A stretch of DNA of 64,000 bases, taken from contig CBDCRW010000006.1 of assembly GCA_965221125.1 (NCBI GenBank), positions 858,750 through 922,749 of the forward strand. Direction: 5' to 3'. The notes beneath the pieces are model-generated. The model did not search any database. It was given only the letters and a program-made list of their open reading frames with translations, and was not told the DNA's origin. Both the position numbers and the translations under genes were made by a program. Numbering within the stretch: position 1 is the stretch's first letter; the number at the start of each line of letters is the position of its first letter. The DNA comes from Alphaproteobacteria bacterium (GTDB lineage: Bacteria > Pseudomonadota > Alphaproteobacteria > UBA828). Below, piece after piece: positions 61,072-64,000 of this stretch.

Positions 61072-62331
61072 GTGATCGCAGCCCTCGACATCGGCACGAC
61101 CAAGGTGGCCTGCCTCGTCGCCCAGCGCGACGCCGAGGGCACGCTCTCGGTCGTGGGCAGCGGGCAGGAGGCCGCCGCCGGCATGCACGCCGGCCGCGTC
61201 GTCGACATGGTCGCGGCGGAGGGGGCGATCCGCACCGCCGTCCACCGCGCCGAGCGGATGGCGGGCGAGACCGTGCGCAGCGTCTTCGTCGGCACCTCGG
61301 GCGGGGCGCCCAACTCGAGCTTCGACGAGGTCACGGTCGACATTGGCGGCCGCGAGGTCACCGAGCGCGACATCCAGCGCGCGTTCGACCAGCTTCAGCC
61401 GGCGGACGAGGGGCCCGAGCGCGACACCCTGCACGCCGTGCCGATCGACTACGCCCTCGACGGCGCGCCGGGGATCAGGGACCCGCGCGGCATGTACGCG
61501 GACAGCCTCCAGGTGCGCCTGCATATCGTGAGCGTCGCCAACGGCACCCTGCGAAACCTGCTGAGCTGCGTCTCTCATTGCGACCTGCAGATCGCCGCCC
61601 CCGTGGCGGCCGCCTACGCCTCGGGCCTCGCCTGCCTGGTCTCCGATGAGCTCGATCTCGGCGTGACCTGCATCGACCTCGGCGGCGGCACGACCAAGCT
61701 CGCCATCTTCAGCGGCGGCAACCTGGTGTGGACCGAGACGCTGCCCATCGGCGGCGATCACGTCACCAACGACATCGCCCAGGGGCTGTCGACGCCGATC
61801 GCGAGCGCGGAACGCATGAAGCGGCTCCACGGCAGCCCGGTCGACGGCGGGGGGGACGCGGAAGAGATCATCGAGGTGCCGGAGATCGGGCCCGAGAACG
61901 GCGGCTCCGGCACGGCCCACCAGGTGCCGCGTGCGCTGCTGAGCCGGATCGTGCGCGCCCGCATGGAAGAGATCTTCGAGTTCGCCCGCGCGCGCATCGA
62001 GGCGAGCGGGCTCGACAAGTGGTCGGGCAACCGCGTCGTCATCAGCGGCGGCGCGAGCCAGACCGCCGACCTCGCCGGCCTCGCCGGGCGCATCCTCGAC
62101 AAGCAGGTGCGGCTCGCCCGCCCGCTCTCGCTCCCCGGCCTGGCGCAAGCCGTCTCGGGTCCCGAGTTCGCAACCTGCGCGGGCCTGCTCGTCTACGCGG
62201 CGCGCAAGCACGTGGAGCCCTGGGCCGTGCCCGCGCGGGGCGACGCCGCCGGGCCCGTCACCAACGCCTTGTCCCGCTTCGGCCACTGGCTGCGGGGCAA
62301 CTTCTGGGAACAGACCGATCAACGAACGTAG
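61072..62331 (+). CDS. ftsA: cell division protein FtsA
   Basis: ALDIGTTK, DLGGGTT, GGDHVTNDI, C-terminal amphipathic WLRGNF. Start ambiguous (see findings). Confidence 0.95.
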   Translation: MIAALDIGTTKVACLVAQRDAEGTLSVVGSGQEAAAGMHAGRVVDMVAAEGAIRTAVHRAERMAGETVRSVFVGTSGGAPNSSFDEVTVDIGGREVTERDIQRAFDQLQPADEGPERDTLHAVPIDYALDGAPGIRDPRGMYADSLQVRLHIVSVANGTLRNLLSCVSHCDLQIAAPVAAAYASGLACLVSDELDLGVTCIDLGGGTTKLAIFSGGNLVWTETLPIGGDHVTNDIAQGLSTPIASAERMKRLHGSPVDGGGDAEEIIEVPEIGPENGGSGTAHQVPRALLSRIVRARMEEIFEFARARIEASGLDKWSGNRVVISGGASQTADLAGLAGRILDKQVRLARPLSLPGLAQAVSGPEFATCAGLLVYAARKHVEPWAVPARGDAAGPVTNALSRFGHWLRGNFWEQTDQRT

Positions 62332-62346
62332 GTAGAGGAGGACACC

Positions 62347-64000
62347 ATGACCATCGACTTCATGCCGGAGCACGAACCGGAAAACAGACCGCGAATCACG
62401 GTTTTCGGTGTCGGCGGTGCCGGCAGCAACGCCGTCAACAACATGATCGCCGGCGATCTGGGGGGCGTGGAGTTCGTCGTCGCCAATACCGACGCGCAGT
62501 CCCTCTTCCAGTCGCTGTGCGAGCACCGCGTGCGCCTCGGCGTCACCATCACGCAGGGGCTGGGCGCCGGCGCCAGCGCGGACATCGGCAAGGTGGCCGC
62601 GGAGGAAGCCCTCGACGACATCCAGAGCTACCTCCAGGGCAACAACATGGTGTTCATTGCCGCCGGCATGGGCGGCGGCACCGGAACCGGCGCGGCGCCG
62701 GTGATCGCCAGCGCGGCCCGCGAGCACGGCATCCTCACGGTGGGCGTCGTCACCAAGCCGTTCCACTTCGAGGGCTCCCAGCGCATGCTGATCGCGGAGC
62801 AGGGCATTCAGGAGCTCCACCAGTTCGTGGACACGCTGATCGTCATCCCGAATCAGAACCTGTTCCGCGTGGCCAGCGAGGAGACCACCTTCGCGGACGC
62901 CTTCGGCATGGCCGACGCCGTGCTGCACGCAGGCGTGCGCGGCGTGACCGATCTCATGGTCAACCCCGGCCTCATCAACCTCGACTTCGCCGACATCCGC
63001 ACGGTGATGGGCACCATGGGCAAGGCGATGATGGGCACCGGCGAGGCCGAAGGCGAGAACCGGGGCCATGAACGCGGCGGAAGCTGCGATCAACAACCCG
63101 CTCCTCGACAAATGCGTCGATCGAGGGCGCGCGCGGCGTGCTGATCAACGTGACCGGCGGCACCGACGTCACGCTCCACGAGGTGGACGCGGCGGCCACG
63201 CGCATCTGCAAGCAGGTGGACGAGAACGCCACCATCATCTTCGGCACCAGCCTCGATCAGAAGATGGACGGTCACATGCGCGTTTCCGTGATCGCCACGG
63301 GCATCGATTCGGACGAGGTCCGCGCGCCGGTGCCCGAGTCCACCGACAACATCCACGTCCTCGGCTTCTCCGAGCGCAAGGGGACGAGCAGCGGCGGCGC
63401 GATGTCGTCGGCGGAGTCCGAGAATGAAGCGGTCGATGCCGTGGTGGCACCGTCCTCCGCCGCCACCGGGACCGACGATTCGGACATCGTCATCCCCGTC
63501 GCGGACGCCGTCGCCGAACCGTCGGCTGCGGCGGGCACTGCTGGCACGCCAGCCCCGTCGCCCGCGCCCGAAGGCTCGCGGGCGCGCAATCAGTCGCCGG
63601 CGCCCGCCGCGCCGCGTCCCTCGGCCTCGCCGAGCGCGCAGGCCCCTGCAACGCCCCAGCCCAGGGCCAGGCAGGAGCAGAAGGCGGTGGCGGCGAGCGC
63701 TGCCGGCGGCGTCGCCGCCCGGGCGACCGTCGTCGGCGCGGAGGCGAGGGCCGAGCGGCCGTCGGCGCGGGTCTCTGCGCCCCAGGCCAGGGCGCCCGAG
63801 GCAAGGAGGCCCGAACCCAGGGCACCCGAAGCCCGGATGCCCGAGGCCAGGAGGCCTGAGCGCAAGGTCGCGCCGCCGGTCGAGCGTCAGGCGCCCGCGC
63901 CCCGGCGCACGGAAACGAGCGACATGCCGCCCTCCGGCAGGCCCTCGCTCTTCGAGCGGATGACCGGCACCGGGCGGGCGCGCCGCAACGGTCCCGGCGG
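62347..64000 (+). CDS. ftsZ: cell division protein FtsZ (runs off window; two apparent +1 homopolymer frameshifts)
   Basis: [26 protein letters not shown]. After removing one G (63062-65) and one A (63110-12) it continues [27 protein letters not shown], then a long linker with no stop to the window end. Confidence 0.95.
63780..63860 (+). repeat. imperfect 15-bp tandem repeat (about 5.4 units) in the ftsZ linker
   Basis: CCCCAGGCCAGGGCG CCCGAGGCAAGGAGG CCCGAACCCAGGGCA CCCGAAGCCCGGATG CCCGAGGCCAGGAGG CCTGAG = [27 protein letters not shown]. Confidence 0.8.

Noticed and set aside
63055-63125. Programmed ribosomal frameshifting in ftsZ
   Set aside because: Would need two successive shifts with no slippery heptamer or stimulatory structure. 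Sequencing error is simpler.
63780-63860. CRISPR-like array
   Set aside because: Contiguous in-frame 15-bp coding repeats without spacers, and no cas genes in the window

Overview
A very GC-rich (roughly 70% by eye) alphaproteobacterial chromosome segment, Rhodospirillales-like by gene order and protein style (inference). The core genes are def-fmt-truA, ETF-QO/TPR/ispE, uvrB, apaG, folE, trkH, mlaA-mlaC, an EF-G paralogue, djlA, an amidase, RNase P RNA (rnpB) and the dcw cluster (mraZ to ftsZ, the latter running off the window with two apparent homopolymer frameshifts). Interspersed accessory loci are four luciferase-like (LLM) oxidoreductases, an hpnA-like/CDP-alcohol phosphotransferase/cytidylyltransferase trio, a Phd-VapC toxin-antitoxin pair, a lone hydantoinase B, a degenerate secreted thermonuclease coupled to an M48 protease, and an Fe-S oxidoreductase/DUF3501 pair with a small Cys4 ORF where rubrerythrin usually sits. 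The best candidate for an undescribed system is 16.9-26.6 kb: a divergent D-cysteine desulfhydrase-family enzyme, a PAS-PAS kinase and three output-less receiver domains, divergent from a Tat-dependent Dpp/Opp-type importer whose fused ATPase has one coherently degenerate ATP site. No CRISPR array, IS element, prophage, tRNA or rRNA was seen. Product calls rest on motif recognition only, with no database searches.
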